DNA of 31,663 nucleotides from a virus (lineage: Duplodnaviria > Caudoviricetes). A program made the position numbers and the translations under genes. Below are positions 6,975 to 15,832 of this stretch, in pieces. The stretch is from the IMG/VR virus record IMGVR_UViG_3300027863_000119, positions 1 through 31,663 of that record. One strand, given 5' to 3'. Below the pieces are notes generated by a model, which saw only the letters and a program-made list of their open reading frames with translations, did no database searches and had not been told where the DNA came from. Every line of letters begins with the position of its first letter. Position 1 is the first letter of the stretch.

Positions 6975-9322
6975 GAATATTAAAATTAAAACTCAGAGGT
7001 GCTATTGGCATTAAAAAAGGTTTAGGTCTCGATGAGATTGAGATAGATTTTTCTCAATTCAAACCAGGTCTAATCGCACTCACCGGGCGCAATGGCTCTG
7101 GGAAGACTACAATCATAGAAAATTTACATCCATATAGACAAATGGTATCAAGAGATGGCTCACTTCAAAATCATTTCTTCTTAAAAGATTCATATCGAAT
7201 TCTTGAATTTGAACTTGATGGCGATAATTATGAAAGCAAAATTTTGATTGATGCATTAACTGGTGGAAGCGAAGCTTATTTATTTAAAAATGGAAAACCA
7301 TTAAACGATGGCAAAGTATCAACTTATGATAATGTTATTGAAGAGCTATTAGGTTCACCGGAACTGTTTTTCAACTCAGTATTTTCAGCACAAAAATCAA
7401 AAGGGATTTCTGAACTTAAACCAGCTGACAGGCGCAAACTATTTTATGAATTACTCAATCTTAATAACTATGAAATTTATCTTGAAAATGCGAAGAACAA
7501 ATTAAAAATTGCTGAGAATGAATATTCAAGAATTGAAGGAGAAATTCTTGCTTTAACGAATGACAATAATGATTTGGAAAGTCTTGAAAATTCAAGGAAA
7601 GAAAATCTTAATTATCAAGCACAGCTTATAAGTGAAGTCACAGATATTGAAAATGATATTGAAAATCTCAATTCTGCTATTAAGGAAAACGAAATAAGCC
7701 TACATCTGCTCAATCAAAAAATTTCGGTTAATGAAGAAATACAATCCGAAATTAAAAAACTTGAAAAGCAGATTTATGAATTAACAAATCAGCACAATAC
7801 TTATATCTCTAAACTCAACTCTGAGATTGAAGAACAAAACAAGAAACTTGACCGCTTTAAGAAACTTACTACAGAAGAAGCAAGACAGAAGATAGAGAAT
7901 GCAATTAACAATAAAGCTGAATTAAATGAAAAATTATTGAATCTCAAATCTCAACATTCTGATTTAATTAAAGATTACAGCCAGAAACAGAATGAGCTTC
8001 AATCTCAAAAGAATCTTATTACTGAAAAAGAATCAAAACTTAATTCTATAAAGTCTGAATTAAAGCTTCAAAATGTTAAGCTGCAGAATCTTGAAAAGGA
8101 ATTATATGATTGTATTTCACAATCAAAAACTATAACAACAGTTCCCTGCGATGAATCAATAGGTTCAAAATGCAAGTTTTTAATAAATGCTTATCAATCT
8201 AAAATGTCAATCCCAGAATTAAATAATAAAATCAATACTCAAAAAGAAGTAATTGAAAAATTAGAAGCTTCATTCAAAAAGCTAACTGAAGAATTAAATT
8301 ATATGAGTTCAGTATACATTTCTTTGAAGTCTTGCATTGATGAAGAATTCAATGAAGTTATTAAAAGACTTGAATCAGAAATAAAAACTACGGAATCTTC
8401 TCTTAGTCAGTTAAACGAATATAACTGGGAAAAATTGAGAGATGAAATAAATGATGCAGAAAAGAATATTAGTATTATAAAAGAATCCCTAAAAAATCTT
8501 GAAGACAATAAAGCTCGTGAGATTTCAAAATTTGAATCAAACGTCACAAAAATAAAATCTGATATTGAACAATTGAAGAAAAAGATTGACTATCAAATTG
8601 AAGAAAAGATTGCAAAGGTTAATTCCAATTTAGTGATGCTAAAACAAATACTCACTGGACATAACCAAACTTTGTTATCATCAAAAGCGAGACTTGAAGA
8701 AGCAAAAACTGAATTAGCAAAAATTGAGCAGCAAATAGAACAAATAAAATTAAATACTAAAAAAATCTCTGAACTTAATTCAAAAAAAGAATTAATAGCA
8801 CAGGAAATTAGAGATTGGAGTTTTTTGTGCAAAGCATTTGATAAAACCGGAATACCTGTCTTGAAACTTGAGAACTCCGGAATTGAAATCACATCCATTG
8901 CAAATGATTTGCTAAGCATTTTTGATAATAAATTCAGAATAGTTTTTGAAACGATGAAATTAAAAGCAGATAAAAAAAGTTACAAAGAATCATTCGATAT
9001 AAACATAGTTGAAGATGATGGAATAACCGATATAGCAAATAAATCCGGGGGTCAACAAGTTTGGCTTGAAACTGCTATTCAGTTAGCAATATCTCTTGTA
9101 GTACGCAATCAAGGACGAAATATTAAAACGGCTTTTTTAGACGAAAAAGATGGTGCATTAGATTTAGAGAATGCATTTAATTATATAGAAATGCTGCGCA
9201 AAGCTCATGAAATGAGTGGAGTATTTAATACATTTATTATTACTCATCGCCCTGAATTACTTGATTATATCCCCCAGCAAATAAAATTAAATGATGGATA
9301 TTTAGAAATAATTTGCAATTAA
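6971..9322 (+). CDS. sbcC: SbcC/Rad50-like SMC ATPase
   Basis: Walker A GRNGSGKTT, long coiled coil with central Cys pair, signature KSGGQ, Walker B/D-loop FLDEKDGALD, H-loop IITH. Confidence 0.92.
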   Translation: MRILKLKLRGAIGIKKGLGLDEIEIDFSQFKPGLIALTGRNGSGKTTIIENLHPYRQMVSRDGSLQNHFFLKDSYRILEFELDGDNYESKILIDALTGGSEAYLFKNGKPLNDGKVSTYDNVIEELLGSPELFFNSVFSAQKSKGISELKPADRRKLFYELLNLNNYEIYLENAKNKLKIAENEYSRIEGEILALTNDNNDLESLENSRKENLNYQAQLISEVTDIENDIENLNSAIKENEISLHLLNQKISVNEEIQSEIKKLEKQIYELTNQHNTYISKLNSEIEEQNKKLDRFKKLTTEEARQKIENAINNKAELNEKLLNLKSQHSDLIKDYSQKQNELQSQKNLITEKESKLNSIKSELKLQNVKLQNLEKELYDCISQSKTITTVPCDESIGSKCKFLINAYQSKMSIPELNNKINTQKEVIEKLEASFKKLTEELNYMSSVYISLKSCIDEEFNEVIKRLESEIKTTESSLSQLNEYNWEKLRDEINDAEKNISIIKESLKNLEDNKAREISKFESNVTKIKSDIEQLKKKIDYQIEEKIAKVNSNLVMLKQILTGHNQTLLSSKARLEEAKTELAKIEQQIEQIKLNTKKISELNSKKELIAQEIRDWSFLCKAFDKTGIPVLKLENSGIEITSIANDLLSIFDNKFRIVFETMKLKADKKSYKESFDINIVEDDGITDIANKSGGQQVWLETAIQLAISLVVRNQGRNIKTAFLDEKDGALDLENAFNYIEMLRKAHEMSGVFNTFIITHRPELLDYIPQQIKLNDGYLEIICN

Positions 9323-9337
9323 ATAACTGAAATAGAA

Positions 9338-9637
9338 ATGATGAGCGAACCAACTTTGTTTGACCAAATAAATATACCTCTGACAAATAAAGTTGAAAGT
9401 TATTATTCAAAAGAGGTTCAAAATAAAAGATTAACGCAGAAAGAAAGAATTTATATTGCTATTAAAGAACTTTATAAGCCGAGTCAGAGAGAAATATCAG
9501 AAGTAACAGGTATACCAAGACATTTAATACCTGACCGCATTAAATCATTACTTGATGAAAATAGAATAAGAATTGCCGGAAGTAAATTTGACGAGATTAC
9601 AAAAAAAGATGTAACAACTTATGAGGTTAATAATTAG
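9338..9637 (+). CDS. Winged-helix DNA-binding protein
   Basis: SQREISEVTGIPRHLIPDRIKSLLDENRIRIAG HTH followed by beta wing. Confidence 0.75.
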   Translation: MMSEPTLFDQINIPLTNKVESYYSKEVQNKRLTQKERIYIAIKELYKPSQREISEVTGIPRHLIPDRIKSLLDENRIRIAGSKFDEITKKDVTTYEVNN

Positions 9638-10100
9638 AGATATGAATAAGATTTATAAAATAATTCCATTGTCTTTAAAAGAAGCAAATACTTATGTAGC
9701 AAATTATCATAGACATCATGGTAAAGTGCAAGGATATAAATTTGCGGTTGGAGCAATTGATAGAAATAATGAATTACATGGTGTTGCCATTGCCGGTCGT
9801 CCAGTAGCGAGATTTTTAGACGATGGGAGAACACTTGAAGTTACACGTTTATGCACTGATGGCACTATCAATCTTTGTTCATTTTTATATTCAGCCTGTG
9901 CTAGAATAGCTAAAGAAATGGGTTATAAAAAAATAATCACATACATATTAGAGACAGAGCCGGGAACTTCATTAAGAGCTGCTGGATGGATATGCACTGG
10001 AAAAGCAGGGGGTCAATCTTGGAATAATAAATGTAGAAAACGGAACGATAATGAATACACATTTATAAACAAATTAAGATGGGAAAAGGAATTAAATTAA
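9621..10100 (+). CDS. XF1762-family / Mom-like GNAT-fold protein (putative DNA modification); likely start ATG 9642
   Basis: EANTYVANYHRHH, GVAIAGRPVAR, LEVTRLCTDG, CSFLYSA, ITYILETEPGTSLRAAGW. Confidence 0.8.
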   Translation: MRLIIRDMNKIYKIIPLSLKEANTYVANYHRHHGKVQGYKFAVGAIDRNNELHGVAIAGRPVARFLDDGRTLEVTRLCTDGTINLCSFLYSACARIAKEMGYKKIITYILETEPGTSLRAAGWICTGKAGGQSWNNKCRKRNDNEYTFINKLRWEKELN

Positions 10101-10155
10101 AATTAAGAATTATACATCAACTGTTTCAGTAATAAATTAACAGAATAATAAATTT

Positions 10156-11763
10156 ATGAAAAGGCAAATATTTAACAGAATATTTGATTTAAGAGAATGG
10201 CAACAAGAAGCTTTCAAAGCCGTAATTAATGCTTATCAAAATGGAAAAAGAGATTTTCTTTGTGTAGCTACTCCTGGTTCTGGGAAGACAAAATATGCTT
10301 TAAGAGTTGCTCATCATTTTTTGCTAAATAATATTTGTGAAAGGTTAGTAGTCGTAACCCCAACTGAGGGATTAAAAAAACAATGGGCCTATGAATCAGC
10401 TAAATTTGCAGGAATTGACATCGACCCTGATTTTATTAATAAACAAATAATTGAAACATGTGATTTTCATGGAATTGTCATTACTTATTCATTACTTGGC
10501 CAAGATAAAAAACATATTCACGCTCAAAATACGAATAATAAAAGAACATTTGTAATATTTGATGAAATTCATCATGCTGGCGAAAATCTTACTTGGGGTG
10601 ATGCAATTCTAAATGCATTCAAAAATGCTGTTTTTAGATTAGCTATAAGTGGAACTGCTTTCCGTTCCGACGATGCTCCTATTCCATTTATTACATATAA
10701 TGAAAACAAAATATCTGTTGCAGATTACAATTATAGTTATGAAAGAGCAATTAGAGATAATGTATGTAGACCTGTTTATTTCTGTTCTTATGATGGCAAG
10801 ATGAAATGGAAAGTAGAACAGCAGGAATTTGAACATACTTTTGGGGACCATCTCACTCCTGACCAGGAAAGTAGAAGATTAAGAACAGCTTTAAATCCAA
10901 GAGGACAATGGGTTAGAGATGTTATTGTTGCTGCTGATAAAAAACTTAATGAAATACGATTACAACATCATAATGCTGCAGGATTAATATTTGCTTCAAC
11001 ACAAAAAGATGCAAAGGAAATTGGTAAAGTAGTAGAAGAAATAACAAATACTAAACCTATAATTGTTATTAGTGACGACCAAACAGCCATTGAACAGCTT
11101 GAACAATTCAAATCAAGTAATGATAAATGGATTGTTTCGGTTAAGATGGTCTCTGAAGGAGTTGATATTCCAAGGCTGAGAGTTGGTATTTATCTAACAA
11201 TCATAAAAGCTGAGCTTTTCTTCCGTCAAGCAGTTGGAAGATTTGTAAGAGTCCTAAAAGATTTAACTGCTCAAGATGCATTTATTTTTATTCCTCAAGA
11301 TAAAGATATGATAAAACTTGCGGAAAATATTCAGATAGAACGGGAACACGCATTAGAAAAAGCTGAGAGAAAAGCGCATGCTTCAATAAACAAAGCTTAT
11401 GATTTATTTGGTAATCCTTATTATACTCCTGCTCTTAAAGGCAAGTTTGTTCCGATTGATTCATTTGCTACAAATCAAAAAACTATTTCTGTTAATATTG
11501 AAATTGGCGGAGCTAAGCACACAATTGATACGAGAAAACCAATGGAGCAAAGTCCTGTTTATTTGCAAAAAGAATATTTGCGTAATAAACTTAATAATCT
11601 TGCAAAAAAAATAGCCTTGAAATTCAGAAATGGCAATTCTAAACCAGATTGGAAATATGCTCACAAACTCTGGATTCAGAACGGTGGCAGAGAAATGGAA
11701 AAGGAAACAATAGAAGAACTTAAAAAACGTGAACAATTTTATCTAAACTTATTGAGGAATTAA
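10156..11763 (+). CDS. SF2 DExH helicase (ResIII-like N-terminus)
   Basis: Q motif LREWQ, Walker A ATPGSGKT, DEIHH, SGT, SEGVDIPRL, QAVGRFVR. Confidence 0.92.
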   Translation: MKRQIFNRIFDLREWQQEAFKAVINAYQNGKRDFLCVATPGSGKTKYALRVAHHFLLNNICERLVVVTPTEGLKKQWAYESAKFAGIDIDPDFINKQIIETCDFHGIVITYSLLGQDKKHIHAQNTNNKRTFVIFDEIHHAGENLTWGDAILNAFKNAVFRLAISGTAFRSDDAPIPFITYNENKISVADYNYSYERAIRDNVCRPVYFCSYDGKMKWKVEQQEFEHTFGDHLTPDQESRRLRTALNPRGQWVRDVIVAADKKLNEIRLQHHNAAGLIFASTQKDAKEIGKVVEEITNTKPIIVISDDQTAIEQLEQFKSSNDKWIVSVKMVSEGVDIPRLRVGIYLTIIKAELFFRQAVGRFVRVLKDLTAQDAFIFIPQDKDMIKLAENIQIEREHALEKAERKAHASINKAYDLFGNPYYTPALKGKFVPIDSFATNQKTISVNIEIGGAKHTIDTRKPMEQSPVYLQKEYLRNKLNNLAKKIALKFRNGNSKPDWKYAHKLWIQNGGREMEKETIEELKKREQFYLNLLRN

Positions 11764-11764
11764 T

Positions 11765-12877
11765 ATGGCTCGACCTAAAAAAAATGGTTTAGATTATTTC
11801 TCACTTGATACTGATTTTTTTGAAGATCAAAAGATAAAAATATTGCAATCAAAATTTGGGGCTGAAGGAGTAATATTATACATAAAAATTTTAACTGTTG
11901 CTTATAAAGAATATGGTTATTACTTCCCTACTGATGAAGACTCTCTCTTAATTATTGCGGGTGAGTTAAATATTGACTGCGAAAAAATCAAAGATATGAT
12001 AAAGTTTATGGTGTCCAAAAACCTGTTTTCGGACGACCTTTACTATCGTTATGGTATACTTACTAACATAAGAATGCAGAACAATTATTTGACCGGGACA
12101 GAAAAAAGGTCTATCATTAAGTTCAAATCTGATTATTTATTAATTGACCCTATGTCTGAAAAAAGTAGAAATCATCGAGCTGAAATTTACATCGATGGTA
12201 AAGGTTGCCCAAAACCACAGTTAAGGACGGCAGAAACCCAAGTAAAGGACGGAAATTATCCCGAAAGTGAAAAAGAAAGTGAAAGTGAAAAAGAAAAGGA
12301 AAAGGAAAAAGAAAAGGAAAGTGAAAAGGAAATAATTTCCACCGATAACTTCGCAGAAACTTCAACTTCTGAAACTTCCTTATCAAACTTCATTTTTATA
12401 AAAAACTTATTTACTTCTAATACACGAATACGTGACCCCAATACAGAATTTCATATTAAACCAATACTCGATTTTTTTAAGACTATACCTGTTCACTTAA
12501 CAGAAAATGACATAAAAGCGTGCATTATTACTGCATTTGCCAGATTGAACAAGGATTCAGGAGTCAAAATGGATTATTTAATAACGAATATTCAGCGTCT
12601 AATTTCACAAAAACACGAAGAAAAGCTACAAAAATTAAAAGAAATTGAATTAAGACAAGCTGAAATTGACAGAAAAATTGAGAGAAAAGAGCAATTTGAG
12701 AAAGAACAAAAGGAAAGATTAAAGAAAATCCAAGATTACAAAATCTTTTATGAAAATCATCAAAATTTGTTTTCTGAACGTGAAAAAATGCAATTATTAA
12801 AGCTTTTGCAAGAAAATAGATTATTAGAAGCGGGCGCAATTATCGAACCCAAGATGGAGCAAGTAGATTTAATATGA
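11765..12877 (+). CDS. Phage replication initiator, DUF4373 (Lin1244/Lin1753-like) N-terminus
   Basis: MARPKKNGLDYFSLDTDFFEDQKIKILQSKFGAEG start, GILTNIRMQNNY, EK/ES low-complexity linker. Confidence 0.8.
   Translation: MARPKKNGLDYFSLDTDFFEDQKIKILQSKFGAEGVILYIKILTVAYKEYGYYFPTDEDSLLIIAGELNIDCEKIKDMIKFMVSKNLFSDDLYYRYGILTNIRMQNNYLTGTEKRSIIKFKSDYLLIDPMSEKSRNHRAEIYIDGKGCPKPQLRTAETQVKDGNYPESEKESESEKEKEKEKEKESEKEIISTDNFAETSTSETSLSNFIFIKNLFTSNTRIRDPNTEFHIKPILDFFKTIPVHLTENDIKACIITAFARLNKDSGVKMDYLITNIQRLISQKHEEKLQKLKEIELRQAEIDRKIERKEQFEKEQKERLKKIQDYKIFYENHQNLFSEREKMQLLKLLQENRLLEAGAIIEPKMEQVDLI
12198..12331 (+). repeat. Putative replication origin: three 22-bp-period iteron-like repeats plus purine-rich GAAANN tract
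   Basis: GTAAAGGTTGCCCAAAACCACA (12198), GTTAAGGACGGCAGAAACCCAA (12220), GTAAAGGACGGAAATTATCCCG (12242); then hexamer repeats GAAAGT/GAAAAA/GAAAAG 12263-12331. Confidence 0.5.
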
Positions 12878-13041
12878 ATAAAATGGCACAGATTCAAGAT
12901 TTATTTTGTGATAAAATATGTGATATATGTGGATTAAATCCGGGAGTAAATCAAAACAAAAACAATACAAAGCAAGCAGGTAAGTATACTGAATACCCTG
13001 TTTATGCTTTTGGCTTCAATTTTTTTTATAAGAAAAAATAA
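12874..13041 (+). CDS. 55-aa Cys-containing hypothetical protein (not in ORF track)
   Basis: ATGA overlap with initiator stop; MNKMAQIQDLFCDKICDICGLNPG...; fills the gap to 13047. Confidence 0.45.
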   Translation: MNKMAQIQDLFCDKICDICGLNPGVNQNKNNTKQAGKYTEYPVYAFGFNFFYKKK

Positions 13042-13046
13042 AATGT

Positions 13047-13442
13047 ATGAGTAATCGATTCAAAGGCTGGAGAAATTATAACAATGATATTACTAACAAG
13101 CATAATTATGTAAGTAAAATTTCTGCTGCTTTGATTATGCTTGGGGTTGAGCATGAACTTGAATATAAATTTCTACTGGACAGAAAATTTAGATTTGATA
13201 TAGCAATCCCAAATTTAAAAATAGCAATAGAATTCGAAGGTGGCATCTGGATTAATGGACGACATACACGAGGTAAAGGTTATGCCACAGATACAGAAAA
13301 ATATAATTTAGCGGTATTGCACGGTTGGAAAGTTTTACGTTATACAACTTATCAAACAAAAGAACAGAATTGGGAATTTAAAATAGCTTTAGATGTTAAT
13401 AATTTAATTGAAATGCAAAAATTATTACACCCGAAAGTGTAA
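13047..13442 (+). CDS. Vsr/DUF559-like PD-(D/E)xK endonuclease
   Basis: EYKF...FRFDIA...IAIEFEGGIW...GRH...D.EKYN.A...GWKVLRYT. Confidence 0.85.
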   Translation: MSNRFKGWRNYNNDITNKHNYVSKISAALIMLGVEHELEYKFLLDRKFRFDIAIPNLKIAIEFEGGIWINGRHTRGKGYATDTEKYNLAVLHGWKVLRYTTYQTKEQNWEFKIALDVNNLIEMQKLLHPKV

Positions 13443-13536
13443 TGAGAAAGATAAAAAATCATATAAGAATAAAGAAATTCAACAATTCTATTACACTAAA
13501 AAGTGTAATGATTATTTCAGTTAAAAATTGTAAAAT
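13424..13536 (+). promoter_or_regulatory. Late promoter 1: paired ATTACAC-N6-GTGTAAT boxes and -10 element
   Basis: Boxes at 13424-13443 and 13490-13509 (66 bp apart); TAAAAT at 13531-13536; no canonical -35. Confidence 0.75.
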
Positions 13537-13800
13537 ATGTATATGAATGATGAAATAATAAAAGCAATAGGTAAACAAGTAATCGATTTTTTAATCGAGC
13601 AAGGATATATTAACGAAATTTCAATAAGAAATGCAGAAATTAGAAGAAAATATTCAGAAATGAGACAATCTGGGTTAAGTGCGAGAAAGGCTCGAGAAAT
13701 TCTTCTTAAAGAACCTTATGTATATTATAATGGTGAAGCACAATATTTAACAGAGCGTAATTTAATTAAAATTCTTTATGGAAATGCCAAAAATAAATGA
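13537..13800 (+). CDS. Mor/C-like late transcription regulator (start may be ATG 13543)
   Basis: IRNAEIRRKY...LTERNLIKILYG resembles the Mu Mor/C C-terminal HTH; immediately upstream of terminase genes. Confidence 0.6.
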   Translation: MYMNDEIIKAIGKQVIDFLIEQGYINEISIRNAEIRRKYSEMRQSGLSARKAREILLKEPYVYYNGEAQYLTERNLIKILYGNAKNK

Positions 13801-14269
13801 TAAACATATTAGTTCTATTTGGAATCGCATTGATGAAGTAGTAATGATGATCCTTGAAAATGATAGATGGTTCCATGCTAAACATGCTCCTGAACTTGCA
13901 AGAGTTGTAATGAAAAAATTCAATGTGTCTAAAAGAACAGCTCATAGATATGTTGAAGAAGCACGCAAAGAAATACGTGAATTATCTAAACCAAAGAAGA
14001 AAAAAGCATTTGAAAAAGCTATGCGAGATCGTGCTCTGTTGTTTAACAAAGCCATAACTGAAGGCGATTATAAACTTGCATTATCTGTAGCAATGGATAG
14101 AGATGAAATATTAGGATTATACTCTAATGAGAATGATAAAGATAAGGACAAAGAAATGACAATTAAAAATATTGATATGTCTCAATTTACAGAATATGGC
14201 CTTGAGCGTATTAAACGAGGTGATAAACTTGAAGATGTATTAATGGACCCAAAGGCAATTAAAAAATGA
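13778..14269 (+). CDS. Terminase small subunit (putative)
   Basis: HTH VMKKFNVSKRTAHRYVEEA, helical body, ATGA-coupled to TerL. Confidence 0.7.
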   Translation: MEMPKINDKHISSIWNRIDEVVMMILENDRWFHAKHAPELARVVMKKFNVSKRTAHRYVEEARKEIRELSKPKKKKAFEKAMRDRALLFNKAITEGDYKLALSVAMDRDEILGLYSNENDKDKDKEMTIKNIDMSQFTEYGLERIKRGDKLEDVLMDPKAIKK

Positions 14270-15813
14270 GTTTAATTACGCAAATACAAATTGCAGCAGA
14301 AGCAGAACTCGAGCTGCGAAAACGAAGACAAGAACGATTAAATAATTATATCATTCAAAAAGATTTTTATAAATCTCACCCATTAGAATATTTTCATGAG
14401 AGATTAGGTATACCACCAGAAACTATTAATTGGCAACTTCTTCCTGAGTATAAAAATCATATTTGGGATGGGACGCCGAATCCATTGGTGAAAATTTTAG
14501 AAGCAATTCTTAATTGGAAATGGGTTGGAGTTGAATCAGCAACTGGAACAGGCAAGACATTTTTAGGTGCATTAATTGTATTTTGGTTTCTTGAATGCTA
14601 TGATAATTCTATTGTTGTCACAACGGCACCTAAACAAGATCAACTTACTCTTCACATTTGGAAAGAAATTAGCAAACTGTATCCACGATTTAATAAAGGT
14701 GAATTAATATCATTAAAACTTAGAATGAATCCTGATAAAGATGATTGGGTTGCTGTTGGTTTTGTAGCAGGTGTAAAAGCAAATGAAGATTCAGCAACAA
14801 AAGCTCAAGGATTCCATGCAGAACACATGTTAATAATATTAGAAGAAACCCCTGGTATCCCACAGCAGATAATTACTGCTTTTCAAAATACATGTTCAGC
14901 TCCACATAATTTAATAATAGCATTTGGCAACCCAGACCATCAACTTGATAATTTACATAAATTTTGCATGCAGGATAATGTAGAATATATACGTATCAGC
15001 GGTTATGATCATCCAAATGTAGTTCTAAATAATCCAGGATTTATTCCAGGTGCTATATCGTTAATTGGAATTAAGCGCATCATCTCAAAATATGGTCCAG
15101 AACATCCGTTAACATTATCACGAACTCGTGGAATATCTCCATCGCAAGCTCAAGATGCATTAATAAGACTCGAGTGGTGTCATGCAGCAGTTATGAGATA
15201 TAAGGAATTACTTATTGAGAATAAAATTGATGAATTAAAGATAAAAGGTAATTATGCTCTCGGTGTTGATGTTGCAGATAGTGAAACTGGAGATAAAGCA
15301 GCAATAGCAGAAGGTAAAGGGAATGTATTATTAAGTGTAGATGATTTCCAATGTAATGATTCAAATCAATTAGGTAAACGTGATGTATACCTAAGAATGA
15401 AAGCTAAAAATATAGAACCGAATCATGTAGGTATTGATGGTGTAGGAGTTGGAGCTGGTACAGTTAATGCTCTTAAGGAACTTAATCTAAAAATTGTAAA
15501 CCTAAAAGGCAACGAAGCTCCAATAAGACATCGAGGCGAAGAAGATTTTAATAATCTTCGTTCACAGATGTGGTGGCAAATGCGCGAAGACCTACGCAAT
15601 GATTTAATTGCTATACCTGATGATGAAGAATTAATTGCTGATTTAGTAACTCCTAAATTTACCATTAAAAATGGTAAGATAACAGTTGAAAGCAAAGAAG
15701 ATATTAAAAAACGATTAGGAAGATCACCAAATAAAGGAGATGCTGCAGTATATTGGAATTGGGTCAGAACAGGAAGAAATATTCCTGCTAAGATAGTTTC
15801 AAAAATTTTATAA
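14266..15813 (+). CDS. terL: Terminase large subunit
   Basis: Walker A SATGTGKT, Walker B LIILEE, FGNP, nuclease LGVDVA, IDGVGVGAG, ESKEDIKKRLGRSPNKGDA. Confidence 0.93.
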   Translation: MSLITQIQIAAEAELELRKRRQERLNNYIIQKDFYKSHPLEYFHERLGIPPETINWQLLPEYKNHIWDGTPNPLVKILEAILNWKWVGVESATGTGKTFLGALIVFWFLECYDNSIVVTTAPKQDQLTLHIWKEISKLYPRFNKGELISLKLRMNPDKDDWVAVGFVAGVKANEDSATKAQGFHAEHMLIILEETPGIPQQIITAFQNTCSAPHNLIIAFGNPDHQLDNLHKFCMQDNVEYIRISGYDHPNVVLNNPGFIPGAISLIGIKRIISKYGPEHPLTLSRTRGISPSQAQDALIRLEWCHAAVMRYKELLIENKIDELKIKGNYALGVDVADSETGDKAAIAEGKGNVLLSVDDFQCNDSNQLGKRDVYLRMKAKNIEPNHVGIDGVGVGAGTVNALKELNLKIVNLKGNEAPIRHRGEEDFNNLRSQMWWQMREDLRNDLIAIPDDEELIADLVTPKFTIKNGKITVESKEDIKKRLGRSPNKGDAAVYWNWVRTGRNIPAKIVSKIL

Positions 15814-15832
15814 TAATTTTATTGAGGTTGTC

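Noticed and set aside
12150-12441. Minus-strand ORFs with FPFHFPF / SFSFSF repeats, or a CRISPR-like array
   Set aside because: They are the complement of the GAAANN hexamer tract; there is no repeat-spacer structure and no cas gene
14266-15813. TerL inactivation suggested by Walker B LEE and SPNKGDA instead of DE and SPDxADA
   Set aside because: The catalytic Glu and the nuclease Asp residues in GVDVA, IDG and GDA remain, and the ORF is intact; no evidence of loss of function
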